Under the pieces are notes generated by a model. It was not told the origin of the DNA and ran no database searches. It was given only the letters and a program-made list of their open reading frames with translations. A stretch of 62,595 nt of DNA, the filler included, from Sphacelaria rigidula (lineage: Eukaryota): NCBI GenBank assembly GCA_964200075.2. It is 9 parts of 9 records of this genome, joined end to end, with 100 filler letters (N's around TTAATTAATTAA, not from the genome) between each part and the next. Parts side by side here need not be neighbours in the genome. Positions count along the whole stretch, not along the records: positions 34,834 to 41,699 come from CAXNAA020017684.1; positions 41,800 to 48,665 come from CAXNAA020017685.1; positions 48,766 to 55,630 come from CAXNAA020017686.1; 6 more parts are not named here. One strand, 5' to 3'. This document shows, in pieces, positions 38,267-50,769 of this stretch. The position numbers and the translations under genes are program-made. The first letter of the stretch is position 1. Each line of letters begins with the position of its first letter.

Positions 38267-40887
38267 TTACTCATAGGAATGTAATACAGAGTATCACGGA
38301 GGTTACCTTTACCCCTAATGCCCGTCACCCGTATTCAGTAGAGTATGACTCTAGATGCCGTAGGCAGTCTTGTACGAAAAAGTCTTCAACATAAGGTGGG
38401 GATAACGGTACCGATTGCATCTGCACAGCAGTCGCCAGGCTGCGTCTGCCTACACAGCTATCTTCGCTTGAATGAAAACTGTTCCGAAATCACGCCAATG
38501 GGACGCTTTTTTTCCTGTTTTTTTATTCTTCATACTCGAGAATTAACACGCCCCACTACCCCCAACTTACCACCCTCCCAGCACCCGTGCCATCTCAACA
38601 CAGACACANNNNNNNNNNACCGTTCCCCCCCCCCCCCCCGCGCTACTCTGCCTCTTTTTTTTTTTTTTTTTTTTCCCCCTACTTTCCCCCCCCCCCCCCC
38701 CCCCCCTCCCTCCCTCCATAAGGTTTTTGTGTAATGTATGGAAGAAACTTGATGAGCGCCGGAATGTTCAAGGTGACTCCATGAGGGGTAGGAACGGTGC
38801 TCCGTCTCGAAAGAGATGCGTGGTCAATGGTCAAACGACTAAGTCAAGCAACAAATTAGTACACCACCCCCCCCCTCTTTTCTCCTGGTCTTATGACCAT
38901 GGCATGCATGATCATGAGAACATCCCCTCTTTTCTCCAGATGAGCCCGTCTTAGTCTCAAAGGGTTAGTGCCGCTCTACCCCCAGGATATTTAATTTAAC
39001 AATGGTATCGAGCGTTGGACGAGGCACTCCCGTAGTCCTTATGTTGATTTTCCACCGAAATTTGACTCTGCTACGTAAACACCTCCCGGAGTAATTCTAC
39101 GGTAGGGTTATACTTTCCAGTTTAAACGTTTTCTGAGGCTGTACAACAAGGCCCAGATCTTTGTCACCGAGAGGCACGCACAGTGTAGAACCACAGAAGA
39201 AAATATGTGCATCCCTGCCGTAGAGCCACTCCCTGGCCGTTTTCGCCACGAAAAAGCGGTCACTCTTGGGATAAATAATGTGTATATATGTTTATCACTT
39301 TCGTAGCAGAACCCCACGGAGTTCGTTCAAACTGGCGTTGGCGCGATTGCGAAGCGTCATATTTTGTCATACGAGCATATTGCGGTTTATAGTACTCTGT
39401 TGACGAACGAATGCGGCCGCTAGGGGGATCTGTTGTGGTCGGCAGTGTCTATTGGTCGATGCCAATATGTATATATTCAATGACTTGACATTTCGATATA
39501 AATCGATCAGAAATACCCACGATGCTGTCTTTTATCCACTGACTGTACGCACGTTGTGGTCATTGTACTTCACTTTTCTTCAGCGAATGTTCCCGTTTTG
39601 TAGTTTCATCTCGGGTACTACGCCTATCTCGTGACCCGTGGCGGGATCCACGAGGGATCAGTTAAAGTGCGACAATGAATGAATGCATGAATGAATCGAT
39701 CAATCAACTCATAATTATATTCAAGGTTCCCCTTCGGGAGGTTAGTACAGGCCTCCTGGAGGTGACGCGAGTCGAAAATATATGGTTAAGAGAGGCTCTT
39801 GTATCTCAATGTACAGTAAGTGATCGTGGCTGTAAAAATATCGCATGTGTTATCAAATGTCGTTCGGAAATACGGGAATTCGGACGGAAGCCGACGGCGG
39901 AACCGCCAGCGTTGGACATGTGTGGTATTGCCGAGGTGCCAGGGAGCGAAGTAGCTCTCGTGCCACAGAGACATGACAGCGGGAGGCACTCCCGAAAAAT
40001 TGGAATGCGTGGGACATTCTCCCGTTTTTTGTTTCAGGTCGGCCATTTCTCTCTGTGCTTTGCTTGTGTTGACTTTTTATTACTTTTTTTATGTTACGAA
40101 TTTGCCTGCTTTATCGTTCTGTTCGACCCTCTTTATTTTTTGCTATGTTCCTTCTTTTTCTCAGAGCGTGTTTCAGTTTCGTCTTTGTTGGGTACGTCCA
40201 TCATGAGACCACGGCTGGACCCCTGGAGGGTCAGTCAAAGTGCGACAATCAATCAATAAAATCAATCAATCAATTCTTGGCATGATCTTTGTACATCGCT
40301 GTGGGTTCCATATCATCAGGCCTGTTGTAAAACAGGGTGTTTTTTTTTTGCGGCAAAACATTCCTGTGCTGCTGTGCCTCGTTCAACTCGCCAACCGCCC
40401 ATGGTAGGGTCTTGTGTTTGCTGCTGACTAAGGCCAAGGTGATGTTCAATTGTCTTCGACTGCTCTGCTCTCATGTTCTCGTGATACTGGTGGCATAACC
40501 GGTGTGCCCGTTCTCCCAAATGAACGAGAACGCGACAAGGAAAAACACGGGGGGAAAATACCCCGCCAAAAGTAATCCTGTTTGAAGTCTTCCATGAAAT
40601 TCAGCGGGCTTTTTTTGTGGTTCGGGATCGACACCCTACGAAAAGGGGCCAGTTTGAGCGACCTTCGGTGGCCAAAACACGCGCCACAGGTATCGGATGA
40701 CACCCAAACCTGAACGGTAATGTACCGTTGAATCTTCTCAGTGCGCTGCGAAAGAAACCGCGTGAAAAAAATTACTTGCCGCCAGAGGAAACTCGGGAAG
40801 AGTGGTGAAAAATGTGAAATGATACATGTACATGTATATCAAGTCGCATGCATACCATGTTTCTTTTTTCTTTTTTTTCGCGCGCAG

Positions 40888-41031
40888 GCTGTCGGGTTGC
40901 GGCAAACACCCTGTCTCAATGACATCCAGAAGAAGCGGGTAGCTCCGCTGGCGTTCCTGCACGCCGCGGGGTATCTGTGCTCCCTTGGAGTTTTGAGCGC
41001 GGGCTCTCCGGTTGCCTTGCACGCGTTTCAG
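40888..41031 (+). CDS. Divergent TPT family protein, next exon
   Basis: Polypyrimidine tract plus CAG acceptor: AVGLRQTPCLNDIQKKRVAPLAFLHAAGYLCSLGVLSAGSPVALHAFQ (cf. GLRxxP...PLAxLHxxGH...GAxSFxHxxK); phase 0. Confidence 0.8.
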
Positions 41032-41874
41032 GTGCGTGTGCGTGTGGTGGTCCCATCCGGTAGTTGCAAGAGGGACATGAGATACAGTGGGGGGTGGTCC
41101 ATGTATAGTGCGGTATGTTTCGTACTCTTTTAATACTGTTTGCCGTTCGTCATTCGTGTGATACTACCTGGAACATTTAGTTTACTTATCTCTGGTTCGC
41201 ATGTGATGAGTCTTCGACACCCTCTTTCCCCCCCCCAGTCCCGGCTTTGTAAGGATGCGAGGTCAATTGTCTTAAAATTACATCGTACGGCATGTAAGAT
41301 GATGAGTGCCCCATTTTCCTTCAAGGGTTGGCGTCGGTTGGTAACGATGCTGTAAAACACGTCACTCATTGTGTAAAGTAGGCAGCCAGGCTACTGTTCA
41401 AATTTTCGCTCGTTAACCATGATGGTCGAGTTGGATCATGTTGTGTGGGGTGGGAGAACATCAACTCCACGCAAAGGGGCTGATTGAATGGTGAGACATT
41501 CATGAGGCCGTGCGTAACCCATGGCTGTCTCTGGAGGTGATGATACCAGAAAATGAAGGAACTCATTGCAGGCTGTCATCCAAATACAAGATCATTAGTA
41601 CGCTTCGAGCCGAATAATCTTGGCAGGATGAGGCTCACCCTTCATGCGACTCGCCGAACACACCACGGCGCTTGGCGCTTGGTGGTTTGAGTGCGAGCCN
41701 NNNNNNNNNNNNNNNNNNNNNNNNNNNNNNNNNNNNNNNNNNNTTAATTAATTAANNNNNNNNNNNNNNNNNNNNNNNNNNNNNNNNNNNNNNNNNNNNC
41801 GTCCCGGCATTATAGGGGTGCGAGGTCAATGGTCTGATGACTATGGCATGCATGATCATGAGTACACCCTCACC

Positions 41875-42944
41875 TCAAAACGCTTCAGGAGCGTGTCCGT
41901 GAACGTGGTTGGCGTTACAGACAGCGTGCCTCTATCCTAGTCTCTATCCACTGCGCACCCCATGTACCAGGTTACCTCTCCGAGATTGTTCGTGGGGAAC
42001 GTTTTGTTGAGGATTTGGCTCACCTTTCCTACATATTCCGCAGGACCACTGATAAGGATGTTGTCCACCTGGGCAACTAAAATCACAGACAAGTCTCCTG
42101 CATCCTCCATCTTGAAAACACATGGACCAGCTTCGCACTGCACCATCCCCACATCCTCCAGTGAAGTTTGACACAGGGGACGAGACCACTGCCTGCCTGC
42201 TTGCTTGATCCCGTAAATAATGTATGCAAGCTTTACGGTCACGTCTGTCAAAACGGAGCAACCTTCAGGCAACGTCATCTATACATCAGTATCCATTTCC
42301 GCTTGAATTAAAGCCTGTGTCACATCGAAATGGTACAGCGGCCACTCTTTCTAAACTGCCACTGCCATGACCAGTTTGATGGAGGCCATGGAGAACGCTG
42401 CCGCGAGTGTCTCGAAAGTCTCGAAAGAGTCGACTGCAAAACGTTGTCCAAATCCTCGCGCCACCAACCTTGCCTTTGCCTTCGCTACAGTACTGTCTGC
42501 GTCAGTCTTCCAACTAAAAACCCACTTCGCTGAAATCACGTTTGCTGCTTCCGGTACAGGGCCAGTCGAAAATGTTCCAGCCTTTTCGTGACCTCCTAGC
42601 TCGACCTGCATCGCGCCTAACCATGCCTCTCGAAATTCTGACTTGGTAATGCTATCCATACTGGTTGGTGTTGCCTCTATTTCGCCTACGTGTAGGCCAA
42701 CTGGTAAACGCAGACCGAATTCAGGTTGCCCTACCCTGTTTTCCTCAGCGATAGAACAAAAAGTACTCGTTTTCAGCTAACTCGTGTTGAGTCAAAAAGA
42801 TTGCATCTTGCCCAGCCACCTGTCCTGCTGCCGCGGTGATCAGCTCCATGGTTGAGCATTTGTCCTCCACCATTCCCGCCAGCGCCATCTCCGCTTCCTT
42901 CTTGCTTTCCTCCTCTCCACCAGCCACCAGCGTGTCGTCTCGTG
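41875..42944 (-). mobile_element. Ty1/Copia reverse transcriptase region, pseudogenised
   Basis: AWLGAMQVEL...SAKWVFSWK...KAKARLVARGF, IYGIKQAGRQW, and VAQVDNILI (decayed YVDD), with in-frame stops. Continues at 48440-48665 (linker GRTRNQTR). Confidence 0.92.
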
Positions 42945-45900
42945 TAATCGATTACACTTACGCTCCAGGATCAGATATCAAGACTGGATCATGACGTACA
43001 CGGGAAATACGAATTAGAGATACAGTTCTGTTATTTGAGGTATACCCGATCTAGTGCTTGCAGTACAAATCTACTGGGGGCACACGCCTTCTTCGTGTGC
43101 CGAAAATACGGGATCATGACGTGTGTTTTTGTATGAACGATTTCCCGCCCCCACTTGATTCAGTTGTGTGTTATGTGTACGAAAGTGGGCAAATGTGGGT
43201 AAATTAATTACATGAACGATACCTGGTCTCAACTGGCCACGGCAGGCCTACAACTTCCTATTATGCTAGCATTAAACCTGGGTCAAGGCTCATGTACGGA
43301 CTGCTAGGGATTTACACGTCGTAGGCTTAGATCAGGCTACGCTTCGCTCAGGCGACGTCAAGGTTTTCTCAAACCGTAAAACATGGTACAAAATATCTCT
43401 ACGGTATTCAAAAGGAGAGTTAAAACGGATTTTTCAACGAGGCATCGGAACGCACATACGCCGCAGACAACAAGAAGGACACCATCACCAACGGACACCA
43501 TCACAGCGCCACAAGAGCTAACTGGAGCAGAAAGGTACCCAAGACCGGCAGCGGAAACACCACCCGGCACGCGCGTCGCCAACTCTAGCATCCAAACGCC
43601 AGTGAGCAGCTATATCAAGGACAACAGAATCAGAGCTTCTCAGCTTATATCCCAGAGGGGCGGAGGAGTCCAGGAGGCATGTAGTCATCTTTATTTTGTA
43701 TTTGTGAGCTAACCGGAGCAGCAGTAAGAGGTACCCAAGATCGGCAGCGGTAATATCCCTCGACACGCGCGTCATCCACTCTAGCATCCGAACGCCAATG
43801 AACAAGCCACGTCCGGGACGACAACGTCATCAGCTTCCCAGCTCCTACTTCAACACGAGCCGCAGTGCTCAAGAAGGCACGTTTTCCCTTTTAAATTTTT
43901 CTTTCGATTGAACATCGAATCTTGATAGAACCACCAGGATTGAAGAGTAGGGTGACTTCAAGAATGTTTTGTTATCGGTAAGTAGTCATTCTATTCTAGG
44001 TTGCGATTTAGTTTGCACATTTTCCTGCTTTTTAGAGTATCATATGCCCTTGTTCTTCTGTTGAACTGAGGTTGTTATACAACACCACACTAAATTGACA
44101 TCTGGCCTAACGTGTAACGTGTCGAAGATTCATTTTGCAGGCTTACAGTCGGATTGGTTTTAGTCGGCAATACATTGCCCTTCCCTTTTATCCCCTGTTT
44201 TTTGGACCACTGTTATGCCCTGCCCATCTATGCAGTATCTTTCGTACATGAATGCCCCGAGGGTATGGATGTAATTTCATATTTCGTCATGTAGGCGTGT
44301 TATATTCCGTCATCTACCTTCATTGCGTAGTTGACAGGTCGCCCGATGTAATGTTTCGAATTCATGAATCATCATTTTTGTTTGGATCGAGGACGAGTTT
44401 TTCAAAAGTGTGTAGTGTTGTTGGTTTTCTTTTCCATTCAGCATCACGCCCTGATCGCTCTGTAATGAGACGGAGCGCAAGTGTGATTTTGGAATGTTTC
44501 ATGTGTGCCCTACTTTGGTTCTCATGTGCTTGAGACTTTGGTTTTTTCCTTCTCCACTGCAGAATGATATGATCCCCTTGACTGTAGAAGGGGGTGTTAT
44601 ATTCCGTCATCTATGGTAGTTGAACTTCCATTTTTGACTCTAGATGACTTCGACGAGAGATGCTGCGTTATACATACATGTTGCCTTGTGTGCACAGCTA
44701 CTTGTGTTCCAAACTGAAATGATTGAAAGTCGTGAATTCAACTGACCGCGATGTACAGTACAGGAGGGCAAGATCGCATTAGCTCGTGATATGAGATGCG
44801 GTTGCTTTTCGTGTTGTCGGACATTGGACGCTGATCAAGCACGTTGAGCGCGCAGACTGCAAACAGAAACGGAATTGGGAAGTGTTATGAATGATTTTAC
44901 GTAGCATTTCTCATGTTCAACTATTTTCTGTATACTGTACTCCAGGCTGATCACTGCTTGTAGACTGTACTGCATTATAGTCTGCTGTGTATTGGCGTAT
45001 GATCGAAGTATCTTGTCCTACAATAACGGTACATTTCTCATTTTGCGGGCAAATGCGGACCAACGAATGATTTTTGTTCTTTTCGTTTCAAGAAATTGTT
45101 TGTTGAACATGCTTACACTATTTGTAGAGTGTACATGGTTCCCCGCATACAAACATGTAGAGAAAACACGTTGAGCAAGAATGTACTGCTCAAAATTTCC
45201 ATGTTTCCCCCCCGGTTGATCAAGATTATTGGTCCACAGTATAGTATAGCTTGACAAACTTGTGTGACCTACATTGAGTGTAGTTGAATACAGTACCACT
45301 GCGTGTGTGAGTCGTCCCATCCATCCCGGATGCCAGTATACACCTTTCGGTACATGAGGGCGCACCAGCCGGAGTCTGACAGGAGGAGGGTCAACACAGG
45401 ATTTGTTTTTGTTCCCTGTTTTTCTTTGGTACCCCACGTCTCATACTTGCGTGTATATTTTTTTGTTGCGACGAAAGTTGAGCGCAGTCCCTTCCCCTGC
45501 TGGGGGTCCGCTCGTCGACCGTTGGGGCAGAGTTTGTGTACTCACGGCATGAAACTCTGAAATGTTTTCACAAAATTCATTTTTTTTGTTGCGTTGCGAG
45601 GAAAGACCCATGGGTTTGTAGGGGAGGAATTTCATCTTTGATATGATGGATGTACGGTGTATTCGAATACTTTTCGCATTTTTGCATGAAATACAACGGA
45701 CGACTTATCTCTGCGATTATTTTCTACCGCACGTGTGCCCTGCCCCCAGTGCTGTGAGCCACTCTCTATGGCGAAGCAACTGCTTTCGAACCCAGGCGGA
45801 CGTACACAAAAATGACGAAGCCCGGACCGTGACACCGCAAGAACCAAACGGAAAACAGCGACCGCGGCCTGGGCGACGACAGCACAACCGCTCGGGGGGC

Positions 45901-48439
45901 TTAGCAGGAGTCAGGGCAGGAACCAGACACGCTTTGGCATTTAGGTTTTTATCATTTGATTTCTTTGGGAGTTTGCATTTGATTCGGAATGTTTTCGTCT
46001 CGTTGTTCGCAGCAACGTGACATGTCAAACATGTGTACCGTTCCGTGGTTGCATTTTTTTGTTTGATTGTTCTAGTTTTTGTTCCCTACGCCCTATGAAG
46101 TACTACCGTAGTTTTGTTATGATTTTTTTAACTTGATCCTCCACATGATTGCGATGATTTTTTTTAATTATCGAGAAAGGAAATAATTGGGGGGGAATTG
46201 ACTATTTGCTTCCATGATTCTCTTTTCGGGTAATTAAAAGCGAAGAAAACTCATGTGATTGGGGTTATCCACAGCGGAGTATTTTGGGAGAAAAATCATG
46301 TGATGGGATGATCCACGGCGGGGTATTTGGGATAATTTGATGAATCGGTTATGGATTTCGAAAAGGGAATTTGATATTTTGCGATCCGCGCTAAAACATT
46401 TTTGGCAAAGCGATTCACCGGCTCTGGGTTTTGGGTTGGACATTTTCAATGACGGAAAGAACATGGCGTGGATCGAGAATACTTCCGAGAGTAGAATGGT
46501 TTTTCGTCTTGGGTGTCACTAAACAGTTGACTACCCACCCGCCGTTCAAAATGCGGGACCGACTATGCACCAGGATAACTCACGACAATTGACTCTGGGG
46601 TCATCGATGTTATGTTTTCATGTACTACCTGGAAGTAATACTCCCTGCAAAATAATATGTAATATTGAATCGGGGGGGGGCATTTTAATACGGAGTAGTT
46701 TATATTATGTTCTCTCCAGGGTGTGGCGTTTATTCAACGAGTAATATCCGTCCTGATATTTGGGTGAGTGTGCTGTTTATGCAGAGTAACTTCTCATCCG
46801 ACTTCTTTGCATGCACTTGGACTTTGGTGTACAGGAATTGATTGTTTTGAAAGAAAAAATATTCGAAGAGTAGGACGATGAGTTTGACGAGTTTAGGAAT
46901 TTATCGGGCCGGACGACGAGCGAAATTTGCATCAAAGATCAGTAATTCGAAATTAAGTGGACTAATCAATCGCTGGTTTTGGTTACAATATATTTAGTGC
47001 TTACAGAGTTTGGTTTTATGTTTCGAGTTACTCCCTGATGGGATACAATCAGTACAAGTCGTTGTGAAATGCACGAGTGTACTGGTACATTAATTTTCTC
47101 TGGGTTTTCTAGGGTCTATGAAGTGAACGAGGTTAAAAGAGATTTTTTCGTGTTCTGACATTAAAAGCACCCAAGCTTGCAAGTTTTCACTGATGTGGGT
47201 TCTATCAACTATTCCCGGCAGTTGATAGATGGTCGACATCAGGGAGGCTAATGTTGTTTTTCTAGGATACAGAGTGGTACAAACACGAGCAGACCTTGTG
47301 TTCTTATGTTCGGACGGATGGAAAATCTATATATTTTGTATTCGAGCATACCTCTAGTGTGAGCGATTTGAACTTGAATTGATTCGATTTGAGTTTGTAT
47401 TTTGTTCTCGAACTCGAGGGGAAGTGGTACACACACCACTACTGCAAGTTTTCATTTTGCAGTGTTTATTTTTCATACTATTTCGAGGAGTCATGTTATT
47501 ATTCAGTGGAATGATATCTCGGTCACTGGACATGTTGAATGTGGACACTTGCCTGGTGTAGACCGTGTTGTAGACGGTATGTTGAATCGAATTTCACATA
47601 GACAACAGCATCTTGTTACCATGAGAATAGTGCGTTTTTGACATATTCGAGTATTGGAAGGTTGAGTGTGTTTCTCCAATGTCATCATGGAAACTGAGGA
47701 GTAAGAAAAGGGTGTCCACTGTGCATTCATGTGTGATTTTTAGTTGTTCCAAGAAAGATTTGGGAACTGGTAATGGTTGAGATTGATACACATATATCTA
47801 TTTGTGTTGTGCTGACTAACGCAAACAATTGTTGAAATGGAGCATGGATAGGTTACAAGGAACGGATTATATTCAGGATTTGAGCTTTCGATTGCTAAAA
47901 TAGACGAGTTTGTGACGTCTGCGCGTGGCTAAAAAGGTTTTTTCCTGACGGAATCGGGTGTTCTTTTTCAATTATTGGTAATATAGTGTTGGATTCATGT
48001 CATGAAAAACTGACATATTTTCGCGTTTTAGAGTGAGGCACTATGTATTCAGGATAAACTATCAGTCCAAGAGCCGTAAGCAGGGAGGCTAATCGATTAC
48101 ACTTACGCTCCAGGATCAGATATCAAGACTGGATCATGACGTACGCGGGAAATACGACTTAGAGATACAGTTCTGTTATTTGAGGTATACCCGATCTAGT
48201 GCTTGCGGTACAAATCTACTGGGGGCACACGCCTTCTTCGTGTGCCGAAAATACGGGATCATGACGTGTGATTGTGTATGAACGATTTCCCGCCCCCACT
48301 TGATTCAGTTGTGTGTTATGTGTACGAGAGTGGGCAAATGTGGGTAAATTAATTACATGAACGATACCTGGTCTCAACTGGCCACGGCAGGCCTACAACT
48401 TCCCGCGACAATGCACCCGGTGCATGAGGCTTCCTATTA
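42945..48439 (+). mobile_element. Complete non-autonomous LTR element (LARD-like) nested in the Copia
   Basis: LTRs at 42945-43263 and 48090-48439 (TAATCG...CTATTA); TSD TCGTG at 42940-42944 and 48440-48444; purine tract AAGCAGGGAGGC just before the 3' LTR; no long internal ORF. Confidence 0.88.
45302..45640 (-). mobile_element. SINE family 1-related body inside the LARD
   Basis: GGGCGCACCAGCCGGAGTCTGACAGGAGGAGGGTCAACACAGGA matches 60590-60635; another fragment at ~8430-8540. Confidence 0.7.
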
Positions 48440-48765
48440 TCGTGCGTGCACCGATCCCATTGCCTCGCGGGTTTGGTTCCTCGTACGTCCCGTCCTTGGT
48501 GTTGGTACCCGGTCAGCCCACGCAAGACGGCGTTGCTCGGTCCTCTGGAGTTGAGGAGCGTCGCCCCCCCCCCCCGCCATCTTGCGAGGGACCCGTGGAA
48601 GAGGGTGACAGTGCGGGCGACGAGGCAGTGTCCGATGCCGATGTGAGCGTCGGCGTAGGTGCCTGNNNNNNNNNNNNNNNNNNNNNNNNNNNNNNNNNNN
48701 NNNNNNNNNTTAATTAATTAANNNNNNNNNNNNNNNNNNNNNNNNNNNNNNNNNNNNNNNNNNNN

Positions 48766-50676
48766 TCTACCAACGGGGCGATTACCTGTGCGAGATTCGG
48801 AATAAATGTTCTTACAAAAGTAATCGTCCCTAACACTGAACGTAATTGTTTGATGTTCGTTGGTGTAGGTAAATCTAAGATGGCCTTTACGCGGTCTTCC
48901 CCAATTTTGATCCCGTCAGCGGACAAAGTGTAACCGAGGTACTTGACCTCCTTGGGACCAAACTGTGCTTTAGAGGGCTTTAGGGTAAGACCTGCTTTTT
49001 TCAGTGCTTTGAACATGTCTTCCAGTAGAGTGAGGTGACTTTCCCATGAGGAGGAGCAGGCGATCAAATCATCCATGTACAACAACAGACCGCTCCTGGG
49101 GGTCCAAAGTGTGAGAAGGTAAGAGCCATTATTCACGAGAAAATGAACGGGGAAGATGCCAGGTCGAACGGTAACCTGTTGAAAACCCACTTACCTTTCT
49201 CTGTAATAAAGGCCGTTTTTTCTTTCTCCTCCGCTATTGGGATCTGATGGAACGCGCTCTGTACATCAAAGACAGAGATCAATTTGGCGCCTGCCACCGT
49301 ATCTACACGACTTTCCAAATTAGGCATTGGCCATGACTTGCGCACAAGACTTTTATTGAGCGTGGATCTGTAGTCAACACAAAATCGGGCAGTACCATCA
49401 TGTTTAGCTACGATCGTCACTGCCGAGCCCCATGAGCTGGGTCTCTGTTCGATTATGCCGTATTTTCCCATCTCCTGTACACAGTTGTCAATGACTTCTT
49501 GAATTCTGGGGTTGGCTCTGTACGGGGCCCGATCGATGGGCTTGGTACCCGGGGCAAGGGGAGAAGTTGCTTCCCCAATTGTGCAACAACCTAATTCTCG
49601 TTGTGACAGTGAGAAGACGGACCTGTATTTGATGCATAGGTCGAGCACTTGACTCTTCTGATTTTCAGAAAACGTGCTATATTTATATGCATTTTGGAGC
49701 GCTATTGTAAGTTCTTCTCGGGCGTCAGTATTTTGCCGTTCAGCTTGTGAAATTGCACGGACCGTCGGGTTATTTGTTTCAACTTGTGAAAGTTGACTGG
49801 CGGTTCCTGTCGGGTCATTTTTTCCGACTTGTGTGATGTGTCCCAAAAGTAAATTTCTTGGGAGTTGGACGTGTCTATTCGACGGGTTTGCTACTTGTGC
49901 CATAGCTGTTTTGTTGACCGCTGACCAGATGCAAGCTGTGCGTGCTACAACGAGGCGGCTAAAAGCATCCGGTACTTTGTTGGATTGGAGGTCTTCACTC
50001 GTTACAATTCTTGGCTCAATGACCGCTTCAGTCGTAAATTTTGGCGGCTCATTTGTTTCGACCAAGAGAGCCATCTCACTTCGCGGCGGGACGGAGCATC
50101 TTTTTGAGAGGTACACCGGTACATTTTCAGCCGATGCTACCCGTATGACAGAACAATAATAATATTCTGAAAACTTCGGATGAACTTTTCTGTCTCTTCT
50201 TCGATGAGTAGCTGTTAGGCGAACTGTTGAACTACGAAACGCCAGGGTTTCTTCCTGCCAATCGAGGCTCCCGCCAAATGCGCTCATCACCGAATTCTCT
50301 ATCAGCATGAGATCTGGCCTGAGATTCCTGAGGACAAATGCTTCAACGGGCAAGATTATGTCACCCAGCTTGAGGTCAAAGCGAATGAATCCCTTATCGT
50401 GATTGGGGAACCGTCAGCACTTCGTAGATCTATAGAACACGATGGGACGGATTGAATGCCCTGCTCTCTCAAAGTAGGATGTGCACGAATGAACTTGAGA
50501 CTGATTATGGAAAGATCCGAAGCAGTATTAATGGTTATGGCCGGAACCTCCATTCCGTTGACTCTGGCGGGAACCTGCACTCTTGCTGATGCAGGTCGTA
50601 ACGTTGCCGGCTTCCTAGGGTAGCGGGCCAACGAAGACATGAAGAAAGGCTCGAATTCTGCCGAGCCTGGGGGCAA
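48766..50676 (-). mobile_element. Ty3/Gypsy pol (protease-RT), frameshifted and 3'-truncated by the contig end
   Basis: Decayed protease motif ITINTASDLSII; RT motifs SSWGSAVTIVAK...RFCVDYR, DVQSAFHQIPI, KTAF...RLPF, LLYMDDLI, KYLGY; frameshifts near 50355 and 49140. Confidence 0.93.
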
Positions 50677-50769
50677 AAATTTGGATCTGTGCTTTTCATT
50701 ATTTTTCCGAGACGTCTTGGTTACAAAAGCAGCTTGGGGCGCAATTTCTAGGTGGCGATGCTTCCCACG

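Noticed and set aside
14643-41031. Apparent transporter cluster (SLAC1-hemerythrin, NCS2, TPT)
   Set aside because: The genes lie on different contigs joined only by size sorting.
41540-41873. LINE-B apparently continuous across the gap
   Set aside because: Contigs often break in this high-copy repeat, so the continuity is probably coincidental.
42945-43360. Penelope pseudo-LTR with hammerhead ribozyme, or DIRS/Ngaro element
   Set aside because: No CUGANGA/GAAA core found by eye; the 5-bp TSD and PPT fit integrase-type LTR insertion.
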